Origin: a virus
Lineage: Duplodnaviria > Caudoviricetes
Virus record (IMG/VR): IMGVR_UViG_3300033121_000983
Coordinates: 42,167 to 106,166 of that record
Reading direction: 5' to 3' (one strand)
DNA: 64,000 bases
Positions 1 through 8,485 of this stretch are shown piece by piece; the stretch's first letter is position 1, and every line of letters starts with the position of its first letter. The position numbers were made by a program, and so were the translations under genes. The notes beneath the pieces are model-generated. The model had not been told where the DNA came from, made no database searches, and saw only the letters and a program-made list of their open reading frames with translations.

Positions 1-1
1 T

Positions 2-1024
2 GCTCACACGCGATCCTTCGCTGTACACACTAAGGCGGCGTGCTGGTTAGCCGCTGTGGACTTCGAAGAGCAGCGTGCACGGTTCTCTGCGAAGTACGCG
101 GCCCGGGTGGAAGCGGCAATCACGAAAGCCGCATCCGCATGGGGTATTCTGCCAGACGTTGAGCGCGTCCGCAACGCGGCTACGGCGATGCGGCAAACTT
201 CACTGGAAAAACTGGCCGATTCCGAGTTCGCGCTGGTGCGTCAGCTTGGCAACCAGGTTGAGCGTCAGTACCCGCTGCGCAACGCCGCTGAAGTGGCCGC
301 GGCTGCTGCGTGGCTGCACAAGTACGCAGCTGAGTTTCCTCGACGCGATCGCCAGAAAATCGCGCAGCGCATCGTGGATCGTTGCGACGACACCGGAGCG
401 GCAATTGATAGCGCTACCCGGGAATTCCTCGACAAGGTCGCCGGTTACGGCGTCCCGGATTGCCGACAGTTTGGCGCTGCCATTGTGCAGCGCAGCAACA
501 TGATCGGTAACCCTACGCTGGCGCGCGAGTTGCTGAAAGTCGCGGGACTGCTGCACTCCGCTGTCGACGGTCAACCGCTGTCGCCGGACGTGTTGGACGG
601 CATGCTCGACAACCTCGACGTGCTTGATCGCAACTACAAGTTCACCGCACGTTACGGACGAGATCTGACGCTGCCGGAAGAAGCGTGTTACGCCGTCGGG
701 CTGCACAAAGCGGCAGAGACGCTGCGCGACGTCGTGCAGCTTACGTCAGGGCATGTCTACACGAAGGACGCGCTGGCAGAACTGCCGTTGTCGAGCGTGA
801 CGGATGTGTTCGGAGAGGACATCGCCGCGCAGTGCTCCAGCGATGGGCTGTTCGTTGACCGCGAAAAACTCGCAGAAGTTGCCGCTGTCTTGCCTCGCCC
901 AGATGCGATGACACTGCACTCGTTGCTGCAGCGGCACGGCGTGCAGGAACTCGTCGACAAGACTGCGGCAACGGCGGCTCCGCGGCTGACACACGACGAC
1001 TGGATCGCGCTTGTCCCGGCGTAG
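2..1024 (+). CDS. Putative head-associated protein rich in K-x-A motifs (5' truncated)
   Basis: Frame 2 is open from the window edge (AHTRSFAVHTKAACWLAAVDF...). 11 of 12 Lys in the 322-aa ORF-track translation are K-x-A. It is the only convincing plus-strand gene and converges with 1037..1753. Confidence 0.7.
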   Translation, partial: AHTRSFAVHTKAACWLAAVDFEEQRARFSAKYAARVEAAITKAASAWGILPDVERVRNAATAMRQTSLEKLADSEFALVRQLGNQVERQYPLRNAAEVAAAAAWLHKYAAEFPRRDRQKIAQRIVDRCDDTGAAIDSATREFLDKVAGYGVPDCRQFGAAIVQRSNMIGNPTLARELLKVAGLLHSAVDGQPLSPDVLDGMLDNLDVLDRNYKFTARYGRDLTLPEEACYAVGLHKAAETLRDVVQLTSGHVYTKDALAELPLSSVTDVFGEDIAAQCSSDGLFVDREKLAEVAAVLPRPDAMTLHSLLQRHGVQELVDKTAATAAPRLTHDDWIALVPA

Positions 1025-1029
1025 TTTCC

Positions 1030-1041
1030 TTTGACGTTAAA
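1030..1041. promoter_or_regulatory. Palindromic site TTTGACGTTAAA (copy at the convergent gene junction)
   Basis: Exact match to the recurrent TTTGACGTWAAA motif; lies between two convergent stop codons. Confidence 0.6.
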
Positions 1042-1753
1042 TCAAAGTCATCGCGTCGCCGTTCTCGAGCGGCAGCTGCTGTAGCTGTGCCATAAGCTGC
1101 CGCAGCAGGAGCTGCGTGTCGTCGGCCATGTCATCGGCGTCATCTTGTTTGGCGCCGAGAACGCCTGTGGCTTCGGTCGGATTACCCAGCGCTAGCGAAT
1201 CGTAGTCTGGCTGGAAATAGCTGCCAGCGGCCACGCGTAGCACGTTAGGCGGGCTGTAAAGACCTTCCTCGCGCAACAGCTTGCCAATGAAAGCGGAGAT
1301 CTCAGGCACGAACAGTTGTTCCGTGCCGTACTCCTCATCCGGCAGCAGCAGCATCGCTTCCGTAATCGCCCAGGCGCATTCTCGCGTGTCCGGCAGTGCT
1401 ACGATATCGAACCGTAGACCGTTGCCGCAGAGCGCCTCAGTAAGCGTGCAGAACATCGGCTGCCGCTGAAAGAAGTCGTCAGTCTGCACGATGCTCATCG
1501 CAGCCATGAGCTTGCCGAAGTTGAACTTGTCCAGACGGATTCGGTAATCTTCGGCAAGCTCATGCTGCAAGGTAGACGGGGTCCAGTCCAGGCATTCGAG
1601 CCCGAACCGATCAACACAGAACGTCAACAGCGTTGTGCCAAATACGTCGTCGCCGTGAAACAGCCGTAACAACTCCGGCTCTGTCAGCTTGCGGCGGACA
1701 TTAACCGGCGTGTCGTTGTCCGACAACAGTACAGAGTTGGCAGCTGCCGACAT
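1037..1753 (-). CDS. Hypothetical phage protein (238 aa)
   Basis: Long ORF with globular composition; last gene of the minus-strand run. Confidence 0.75.
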   Translation of the reverse strand: MSAAANSVLLSDNDTPVNVRRKLTEPELLRLFHGDDVFGTTLLTFCVDRFGLECLDWTPSTLQHELAEDYRIRLDKFNFGKLMAAMSIVQTDDFFQRQPMFCTLTEALCGNGLRFDIVALPDTRECAWAITEAMLLLPDEEYGTEQLFVPEISAFIGKLLREEGLYSPPNVLRVAAGSYFQPDYDSLALGNPTEATGVLGAKQDDADDMADDTQLLLRQLMAQLQQLPLENGDAMTLI

Positions 1754-1781
1754 CGTAGCGCATCCGTAACGAGTTGGCGGC

Positions 1782-2159
1782 CTAGAAGCGCAGGCCGGTC
1801 GCGTTCAGACGAATTTCCACGCGATAGGCGTGGATACGCCCGGCGCCGACCAGCACGTTACCTTCACTATCGACGGCGTACGGCGCGTCGTTCAGCGCAG
1901 GCTGCGGATTGGCCAGGCCCATTTTCTGGGCGACTTGCCGTGCAAAGTCGGTCGCTGCCTGGCTGCCAAGTTTTTCGATCGCGAATTGCATTCCGCGACG
2001 CATCAGAGCGGGAGACGCTTCAAGCGTCACCACTCCTTCCTGATCTCCGACGTATGTGGCGGCGCGCGTGCCGCCTTCTTTTGTGCGCTCCTGCTGCACG
2101 ACGTTGAAATCAACGGCGGCGGCAGACGGTTGTGCGGTGTATGCGTCCGCTGCGAACAT
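1782..2159 (-). CDS. Hypothetical phage protein (125 aa)
   Basis: ATG preceded by AGGAG (complement of ctcct at 2168-2172). Confidence 0.75.
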   Translation of the reverse strand: MFAADAYTAQPSAAAVDFNVVQQERTKEGGTRAATYVGDQEGVVTLEASPALMRRGMQFAIEKLGSQAATDFARQVAQKMGLANPQPALNDAPYAVDSEGNVLVGAGRIHAYRVEIRLNATGLRF

Positions 2160-2275
2160 CTTTCAGACTCCTAATAGACTTGCGCAAATTGCGCTTAACC
2201 ACAGTGTAGCTGCCCGTACGAACAGCCGCAACGGCCGATAGCTAAAGCGAAGGCCCCTGGTAAGAGAAAGCCGAC

Positions 2276-2512
2276 GGCTAACCGTCCTGCTGAACGAAGC
2301 TGTAACGCGCTCATGCTTGAAGAATTAGCGCCGCGGTTAAGCGGAACTATTTCAACAAACATGAGCCACGTCAACAGCTTCGTCCAACAGGACGATAGCC
2401 AGAAACACGACGCAAGCCGGCACTTAGAAACACCTTCGCCGTATTCGGTGTATTCGGCGAAGCCCGCCCGCGAGCGGAGCCTTAGACACTGCCCCTAGGT
2501 GCCGGCGTTGCG
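2276..2512 (-). ncRNA. Candidate structured non-coding RNA (long rod hairpin plus branched domain)
   Basis: 2276-2400 is an interrupted inverted repeat (GGCTA/TAGCC, CGTCCTG/CAGGACG, ACGAAGCTGT/ACAGCTTCGT, GCTCATG/CATGAGC, TTGAA/TTCAA, CCGC/GCGG). 2411-2512 is closed by GCCGGCACTTAG/CTAGGTGCCGGC and contains an internal CTTCGCCG/CGGCGAAG hairpin. Confidence 0.4.
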
Positions 2513-2974
2513 CTACTTGCCTGCGGCGTACTCAGCTTGCGCCTCCGCGGTGAGGCAAGCCGGGCATGCGTCGCATGTACACGCGGCGCCGACGCTATCG
2601 CTGTCATCGACAGCATCAGCGCCGCTCTGAAGCGAACTGTACAGTTCCTTCAGGAACGGGTTTGTGATTGGCGGGCTGGTGATCAGCTCGTCGCCGATCT
2701 CTTCCGCCAGCAGACGCTCCGGGTCGAACTCGTTGAGCAACTCTTCGAGTTCGAGCTCGTCGATTGCCACGCCCGCGAGGCCATCATCGAGCATGTCGTG
2801 CTGCGCGTCCAGCGCAGCTTGTCGGCGGTAGAGCTTGGCCAGCTCTCGGTCTTGCCGACGGTCGTCATCATCGCAGACTCGATCTTCGTCGTCGACGAGT
2901 GCCAGGTCGGCACGCCCCGAGAGGCGGCTGAACTGACGCAAGAGCATGGGTTCTACGGCAGATGCGATAAACAT
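2513..2974 (-). CDS. Highly acidic protein with C-terminal CxCxxCxxC
   Basis: Start re-called at ATG 2974 (AAAGG upstream); D/E-rich; ends ...CTCDACPACLT... Confidence 0.65.
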   Translation of the reverse strand: MFIASAVEPMLLRQFSRLSGRADLALVDDEDRVCDDDDRRQDRELAKLYRRQAALDAQHDMLDDGLAGVAIDELELEELLNEFDPERLLAEEIGDELITSPPITNPFLKELYSSLQSGADAVDDSDSVGAACTCDACPACLTAEAQAEYAAGK

Positions 2975-3067
2975 TGTGAAGCCTTTCACAAGTGTGAGCT
3001 GCTGTCGTTTGACAGTTACGACAGCGGTACACATGTTATGCCCGTGAACCCGCGCGAATTTAGCTGC

Positions 3068-3406
3068 CTAGAACTTCATCGTGATCCGCTTACCGTTTTG
3101 CAGGTAATTCGGGATACGGACCTCGCGCGTCTGCAGCAGCGTCTTCAGGCGCAACTTACGCTCGGTCGGCAGCGCCATAATTTTGCGATGCAGCTCGTCG
3201 TAGTCGTACGACTTACGCGCCATGGCTTCGCGCAGCAACCGCTTACGCTGACACTCGCTGCAGTTCGCAGGGATCGCCTTCTGCGCTGAGGTTGTCGCGG
3301 CGCTGTAGACGTCAGCGAAAAACGGAAACTCACCGGTGAAGATGGAAGAGCGCATCATCGACAGCAACCGCGTCTGGCTGAGTTCTACCGATGCCTTGAG
3401 AGCCAT
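3068..3406 (-). CDS. Small basic protein with CxxC
   Basis: AAGGAG upstream; CSEC motif; follows directly on the upstream gene. Confidence 0.7.
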   Translation of the reverse strand: MALKASVELSQTRLLSMMRSSIFTGEFPFFADVYSAATTSAQKAIPANCSECQRKRLLREAMARKSYDYDELHRKIMALPTERKLRLKTLLQTREVRIPNYLQNGKRITMKF

Positions 3407-3416
3407 GACCTACTCC

Positions 3417-3845
3417 TTACACAGACTCGCTGTCAGCCAGGTCAGCGCCGATGCGCACGCTGTCGGTCACCGCGATACTGTCGAGTCGGTTTAGCTGCGT
3501 CACCAACCGACCGACACTGGCTTTGATGATTGTCCACATTTGATCGGCCGCGTCGAGGGACGGCACAAGCACGTCGATCTGCGACAGGCGAAAGAACGGC
3601 GGATCCTGACCAGTCGCCGGATCATCCGTGGGGTACTCAACGATATCGACTGCCTGGACCACCGTGATCAGTTCGTCGCGCGTTGCTGTGTGTGCCGAAT
3701 CCGTGTAGACGCGCTGAAACAGGAAGATTTCCGACGGCATCAACACCGGATCTTCGGCGACAATCACCACGCGCCAGGTCGGGGCGTTCTCGCCTTCGAT
3801 CCGCGTCGGCTCGCTGCGCGTCAGAGTCACTCCGCGATCACTCAT
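3417..3845 (-). CDS. Hypothetical protein (142 aa), possibly tail-associated
   Basis: ATG 3845 overlaps the TGA of the glycosyltransferase gene (ATGA coupling). Confidence 0.7.
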   Translation of the reverse strand: MSDRGVTLTRSEPTRIEGENAPTWRVVIVAEDPVLMPSEIFLFQRVYTDSAHTATRDELITVVQAVDIVEYPTDDPATGQDPPFFRLSQIDVLVPSLDAADQMWTIIKASVGRLVTQLNRLDSIAVTDSVRIGADLADSESV

Positions 3846-5680
3846 TGCCCTGGCTCCGGTAACAGCCACGGCGGAGATTCAACGTATCCGCGGCGGCTTT
3901 TTGGCGGCGTAAAAATGTGGCACTTACCGACGTTGAACGCAACGGTGCGATACCCGCCCTGGTGGAGCTGTTCGCCGATCGTCACGTCGCCGCCGTTATG
4001 GTTCAGGCGTTTGCACGGGATGTCGCAGGCCAGCAAGGCCGACGTGCGTGCACACCAGAACCAACCTACCGGAAAGTGTACACAGTTTCCGTTGGGCGCG
4101 CAGCTGCCGTGCGCTGTGCGGAACTGCCGTTGCCGGTACCACGGGGCGTCACGAAACCACTGCAGCTGATATGAACGCTGAATGCGGCTGAATAAGGGAA
4201 TGCCGAAACAGCCCACGTCATCTGCGCAGTCGCGCTGTAACTGGCGTAAGCGCTGATACCAGCTCGTATCGATCACGTAGGTATCGTCGTCGAACCACAG
4301 CACCCAGGGCGTGGTGATCGGCGCACTTGGGTCGTGAAACATCTCGCGCATCGCCGGATACTTACGCCGGCTGTGCTCATCGACGTAAAGCCGCGTCGAC
4401 GGCAGCGCCTCGCAGAGTTCCTGCAAGTACCCCAGCGTGTCAGCGCCGACCTGGTTGCATCCGATGCGGAATTCCAGCGCCCCTACTGGCGTGCTGGCGC
4501 GAATAGAGTCGAGACACCGCCTATGCATCTCAAACTCGTGACGCTGTCGCCCGTGCATCAGAATGCAGCAGGTCATCTCGGCGACAGGAGCTACTTCAGG
4601 TCCAACGGCTTCTGTTCGTTTCTGCTGCACAGCTTGTGGTGTCTCCTTACCAACGGCGATCTGCGCGGGCATACGCACAACACTAGGCGGCGTCCATACG
4701 CTAGGCAGCGCATAGGTCGCCAACGCGTCCACGACCATCTGCGGTTTAAGCATTTTCATGCAGCGCGCTACCGGCTGCGCGCCGACACTTTCCGGGTAGT
4801 CGCACAGTGATTTCTCATTCTTCTCCACGCCGTCATACAGTTTCACGATGCGCTGCCGCCAGCAACCGCTGCGCTCGCAGCAACTGAGCTGGCCCATCGT
4901 ATTGAGGTACGTGTGTGGAACACGCACGGGCTCACAGGCGCCGCCAAATTGCTCAGGAAACAGGTTGGCGTACTGCTCCCAGTGCGGATCCTCGCGTCCA
5001 CCAGCTAGCACCACGCAGGGCTTGTGTAGCGCGCCTGCGATGTGCATCGGCAGCGAGATTCCGCAGACCACGCCGTGCGAGTGGTAAATGTTGACGAATA
5101 GGTCGCGGATGTTCGTTTTGCCGACCATCGAAAGCGCGTCGGCGAGCGGCGGATGCACGTGACGCGGTTTAGCCGCGCCCTCCTGCACGAACTGCCAGCC
5201 GCGCTCCATGCCGAGCCGCACAACTTCCTGGTAGTACTCAGTCGGCCAGAACTTGACGGTGATGTCGAGTTTGCCGCCAGGCACGATCACCAGGTAGTCG
5301 CCGGCGATGATCGGGCGCGTGCGCTCTTGCTCGGTCAGGTGGATGTCGCCATGCGGTTTAGTCAACGTCACCGGCAGGCCCGTCTTCGCCGTAAAGTCGC
5401 GAAAATACGCCGTGAGGTAGTGCTGGCGCACTCCATTGCGAGACTGTGTGATATAGGCCCGCTCTGATAACTGCACTTTTTGTGCGTCGCGGTCGCTATC
5501 AGCCAGCGACGTGAGATAAGGATTGTGCAGCCAGATCGAGTCGGTGAAGTAAGAACGCACGTCAACAAGCACGTCGTCGCCATAACGCAGTTTAATGTCC
5601 CGCACGAGCGCGGTCAGCACGAGAGTGTCGCCAGGTGCACCCTGGTACTGCAGGATGAATTTTTTAGGTGTGCGCGCCAT
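3842..5680 (-). CDS. Two-domain glycosyltransferase: GT9 (heptosyltransferase-like, GT-B) fused to a GT2-like GT-A domain
   Basis: N-half: GAPGDTLVLTALVRDIK, IVPGGK..VKFWP.EYY, ISLPMHIAGALHKPCVVLAGG, CMKMLKPQMV (GT9 signatures). C-half: RCLDSIRAST and WVLWFDDD (DxD), GGDVTIG. Confidence 0.8.
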   Translation of the reverse strand: MARTPKKFILQYQGAPGDTLVLTALVRDIKLRYGDDVLVDVRSYFTDSIWLHNPYLTSLADSDRDAQKVQLSERAYITQSRNGVRQHYLTAYFRDFTAKTGLPVTLTKPHGDIHLTEQERTRPIIAGDYLVIVPGGKLDITVKFWPTEYYQEVVRLGMERGWQFVQEGAAKPRHVHPPLADALSMVGKTNIRDLFVNIYHSHGVVCGISLPMHIAGALHKPCVVLAGGREDPHWEQYANLFPEQFGGACEPVRVPHTYLNTMGQLSCCERSGCWRQRIVKLYDGVEKNEKSLCDYPESVGAQPVARCMKMLKPQMVVDALATYALPSVWTPPSVVRMPAQIAVGKETPQAVQQKRTEAVGPEVAPVAEMTCCILMHGRQRHEFEMHRRCLDSIRASTPVGALEFRIGCNQVGADTLGYLQELCEALPSTRLYVDEHSRRKYPAMREMFHDPSAPITTPWVLWFDDDTYVIDTSWYQRLRQLQRDCADDVGCFGIPLFSRIQRSYQLQWFRDAPWYRQRQFRTAHGSCAPNGNCVHFPVGWFWCARTSALLACDIPCKRLNHNGGDVTIGEQLHQGGYRTVAFNVGKCHIFTPPKSRRGYVESPPWLLPEPGQ

Positions 5681-6879
5681 TAGTCACAGTCTGCCGCGTG
5701 GCAGGCCCCTTCTGGAAATTCTTCAGATCCGCAGATCACGCCGAACGCCGCCGGGTTAATCGGGCGCTGGCCTTCAACACAGTTGCTGCCCAGGAAAACC
5801 CATCGACCCTGCTGGCAGTACCAGGCTCCGACGTTGCCAGGAATTAACAAATTCGATACAGCGCAGGCTTCTTCAATGGCCGCCGCTTCCGCGCACGCAA
5901 TGCTGTCGGCAACTTCATCGTCGCTGATAACGTGGCAACCTGCCGATGATGAGACACCGACAGTAATGACCAATTTGTGCTCGTCGGGGCGCGCGTCGAC
6001 GCGCACGCCGTCGCCGGCCTGAATCACGACGGAACGCCCGGGTAACCCGTTAAAGCTACGCAGCACTTCGTTACAGCGCAGCCCGCCGTCCAGTGTATCG
6101 CGCTCAGCCGGCGGGATATCGCCGTCGTAGCGCGCAATCTCTTCGCAAGCTTCACCCGCGCCAGCGCCAACGCGCGCATTCAGCGTAATGCTGTTAGACG
6201 TTGCGTTAATGTCGACAGCCGCGTTATGTCCGTCTACAAACCGAATTGCCCCGTCCAGGCAATCAGCGGCTGTGTAGTAGGGTTGTTCCGGTACGAGCCA
6301 CGTCAGGTCGTCACCGTTGTCAGCTGTCGCGCGTGTGCGTCCGGCGTTTGACAACGCCACCGCGCGTGAATAGTGCGCATAGAGACTCTGGATACATCCA
6401 GGTTCAATCGCTAGCTCATCCGGGTCGCTAATGATGGTTTCGTCGGGCTCGATCCAGCTGTTGAGGCTTTCAGGCGTCATCGGGCCGAAGATCAGCTGCA
6501 TTTCCCACGTTGTCGTTGTACCGCACGGCGATTCGTCCGTGATGGGGTTGATATCAGAACGGCTCTCCTGGATCGTGCCGTCAACCGTGATTGTGTTTAC
6601 GACTTCGTACGCGTAGCCGCCCAGAATGTCCTCTGCCGGGGCGGTCACGCGCCACGTGAATGTCAGTTCGTCAGCGCCAACGCGTTCAACGCTGTAGAGC
6701 CACACTGTGTAAGTCGCGGCATCGTAGGCAAAATCGACGCCAAAAATTACCTGTGCATCCAGCACGGTATCCAGCGGCATACGCGCGGCAAGGCTATGCA
6801 CTGCCGGCGCGTCTAGCGCTGAACTCAAGAACGGATACGCTCGCGCACCGTTGTCAACAAACCAATCGGTTGTAGCCAT
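5680..6879 (-). CDS. Tail fibre/baseplate-associated protein, WxxxNxxRxYP paralog family
   Basis: Start re-called at ATG 6879 (MATTDWFVDNGARAYPF); contains LRSFNGLPG; Cys-rich C-terminus. Confidence 0.65.
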   Translation of the reverse strand: MATTDWFVDNGARAYPFLSSALDAPAVHSLAARMPLDTVLDAQVIFGVDFAYDAATYTVWLYSVERVGADELTFTWRVTAPAEDILGGYAYEVVNTITVDGTIQESRSDINPITDESPCGTTTTWEMQLIFGPMTPESLNSWIEPDETIISDPDELAIEPGCIQSLYAHYSRAVALSNAGRTRATADNGDDLTWLVPEQPYYTAADCLDGAIRFVDGHNAAVDINATSNSITLNARVGAGAGEACEEIARYDGDIPPAERDTLDGGLRCNEVLRSFNGLPGRSVVIQAGDGVRVDARPDEHKLVITVGVSSSAGCHVISDDEVADSIACAEAAAIEEACAVSNLLIPGNVGAWYCQQGRWVFLGSNCVEGQRPINPAAFGVICGSEEFPEGACHAADCD

Positions 6880-6880
6880 G

Positions 6881-7066
6881 TTACGGTGACGTACCTCGTA
6901 AGAACTGCGGAACCGGCGCCGGGAACGGCACCTCCGGGCAGTCGTGAATGGGATCCGGCGCGGCAGCGACAATACAGTCGTCGAGCTCGTCGAGGTACGG
7001 CCACTCGATCGCCTCGATCTCCGGCATGTCGCAGTCGTTAGGCGGGAACGCAGGTGTCGTCGCCAT
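6881..7066 (-). CDS. Small acidic Pro/Cys-containing protein (61 aa)
   Basis: Fills the gap between two paralogs with 1-2 nt spacing on each side. Confidence 0.6.
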   Translation of the reverse strand: MATTPAFPPNDCDMPEIEAIEWPYLDELDDCIVAAAPDPIHDCPEVPFPAPVPQFLRGTSP

Positions 7067-7068
7067 AA

Positions 7069-7914
7069 TCAACCCTCGCAGCCGCTAGCTGTTGTCAGCG
7101 CTAGCGTAACGGTACCGTCGGCACGCTCGAGTCGCAGAGAAGGGTCGTCGCTGAACTGCCGCGAGGCGGCGATGCGGATGTCGCCGCGGGCGTCCGGTGT
7201 TGCCAGGATCTCACGGCAACCTTGCTTGAACAGGATTTGACGCACGAACTTAGGCGTTGTGAATTCGTCGCCCGCGCACGCAGCACGGCGGAAGAGCGCA
7301 TCGCCGACGACGTTGACGGTGATTGTCGCGCAGGCCTTCGCAACCACCGCGCCCGTCACTTCGTCAACCGCCGGATAGGTCGATTCGCCGCCCGTCAGTA
7401 CAATGCCGCGCTCGCCGACCATTAGAATCCGCCCGGTGAACACGCTGCCGTCATCAAGTACGAAGCCGCGAAACCCGACATCCGGCACGGTCACGCAGCA
7501 GGTCACGCAGAACTCCGTCGCGGCCGGCGAGAAGCTGCGCGTACCGTCCGACCATGTGCGCAGAAACGACAACCGCTCGCTCTCTGTGACCAGCGTTCCG
7601 GCGGCACGGCCGTAGTCGTCGTAGAACATCAACACGTCTGGCAGGTCTGCCAAGTCAACAGTACAGCTTGCGCGCCGAACCACAGCCGCGTCGCCGATGA
7701 CCAGCTCAGCCGTGTCGACACTCCGTGTGATCGACGTTAGGCGCAACCGATCTGCCGCGCCAATGACGTGCAACGACGCGTCCAGGAACGCAGTCTCGGG
7801 GATAAAGTCACCGGTGTCGGCAGTCAGCGTCGCGTTGTCGACGAACGGATAGCGTGACAACGCGTGCTCGTCGCGCCACTCTGGTCGTCGTACGTCTGTA
7901 ACGCTGGTGCCCAT
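7069..7914 (-). CDS. Tail-associated protein, WxxxNxxRxYP paralog family
   Basis: EWRDEHALSRYPF N-terminal motif; TPDARGDIRI C-terminal motif. Confidence 0.65.
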   Translation of the reverse strand: MGTSVTDVRRPEWRDEHALSRYPFVDNATLTADTGDFIPETAFLDASLHVIGAADRLRLTSITRSVDTAELVIGDAAVVRRASCTVDLADLPDVLMFYDDYGRAAGTLVTESERLSFLRTWSDGTRSFSPAATEFCVTCCVTVPDVGFRGFVLDDGSVFTGRILMVGERGIVLTGGESTYPAVDEVTGAVVAKACATITVNVVGDALFRRAACAGDEFTTPKFVRQILFKQGCREILATPDARGDIRIAASRQFSDDPSLRLERADGTVTLALTTASGCEG

Positions 7915-7916
7915 GC

Positions 7917-8474
7917 TTATCCTCGGCGCATCTTACGAAAGCGCTCACTGCGTGCAGCCGCGGCAGGCGCGGCATCGCGTAACGGATGGCCGAACTGCAC
8001 GAAAGCATCCTCAATGAACAGTAGCTCGTTAGCAGCGAACTGCTGCCGCAGCTCACGTTTCGGCACCGCCAGCATTGCTGACAAGCACGTGTAGCGGCTG
8101 CCGTAGATCTTGTCACGCACCTGGCGCGGCAACCACTCCATGAAGTCGTCCCACTGCTTATCCAGCTCGGGCAGTTCGACTGCGCGCAGCACGGGGCGCG
8201 GCGGCTTCGGGCGCAGCGGTCGGTTGATGATCTCTTCGTCCGACAGTGCGGGCGGCGGGACAGGCATCGCGTCGAACGCTGAATGCGCTTCCGTCGGCGT
8301 AAAAGACAACGTATCGACCGGGATCGGCGCGTTAATGTCGACGATCTCTGTGGTCGGTTTTTGCGCCGCTTTCTGCAAGAAAGCTTCATCCACGACACGG
8401 ACGCCGGCAGCGGGCGGTAAGTCTCCGGTCAACGTGGATAACGCAACGGCGCGGGAGCTGAGTTTTCGCGGCAC
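7917..8474 (-). CDS. Protein with a C-terminal domain resembling the RNA polymerase alpha-CTD (HhH fold)
   Basis: Pro-rich N-half, then WLPRQVRDKIYGSRYTCLSAMLAVPKRELRQQFAANELLFIEDAFVQFGHPL, matching the alpha-CTD hydrophobic pattern by eye. AGAAGGA upstream of the GTG start. Confidence 0.4.
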   Translation of the reverse strand: MPRKLSSRAVALSTLTGDLPPAAGVRVVDEAFLQKAAQKPTTEIVDINAPIPVDTLSFTPTEAHSAFDAMPVPPPALSDEEIINRPLRPKPPRPVLRAVELPELDKQWDDFMEWLPRQVRDKIYGSRYTCLSAMLAVPKRELRQQFAANELLFIEDAFVQFGHPLRDAAPAAAARSERFRKMRRG

Positions 8475-8485
8475 ATTGATTCCTT

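Noticed and set aside
2160-2512. tRNA, tmRNA or SRP RNA
   Set aside because: No cloverleaf with a T-arm, tag reading frame or SRP helix-8 motif recognised; kept only as an unclassified structured RNA candidate.
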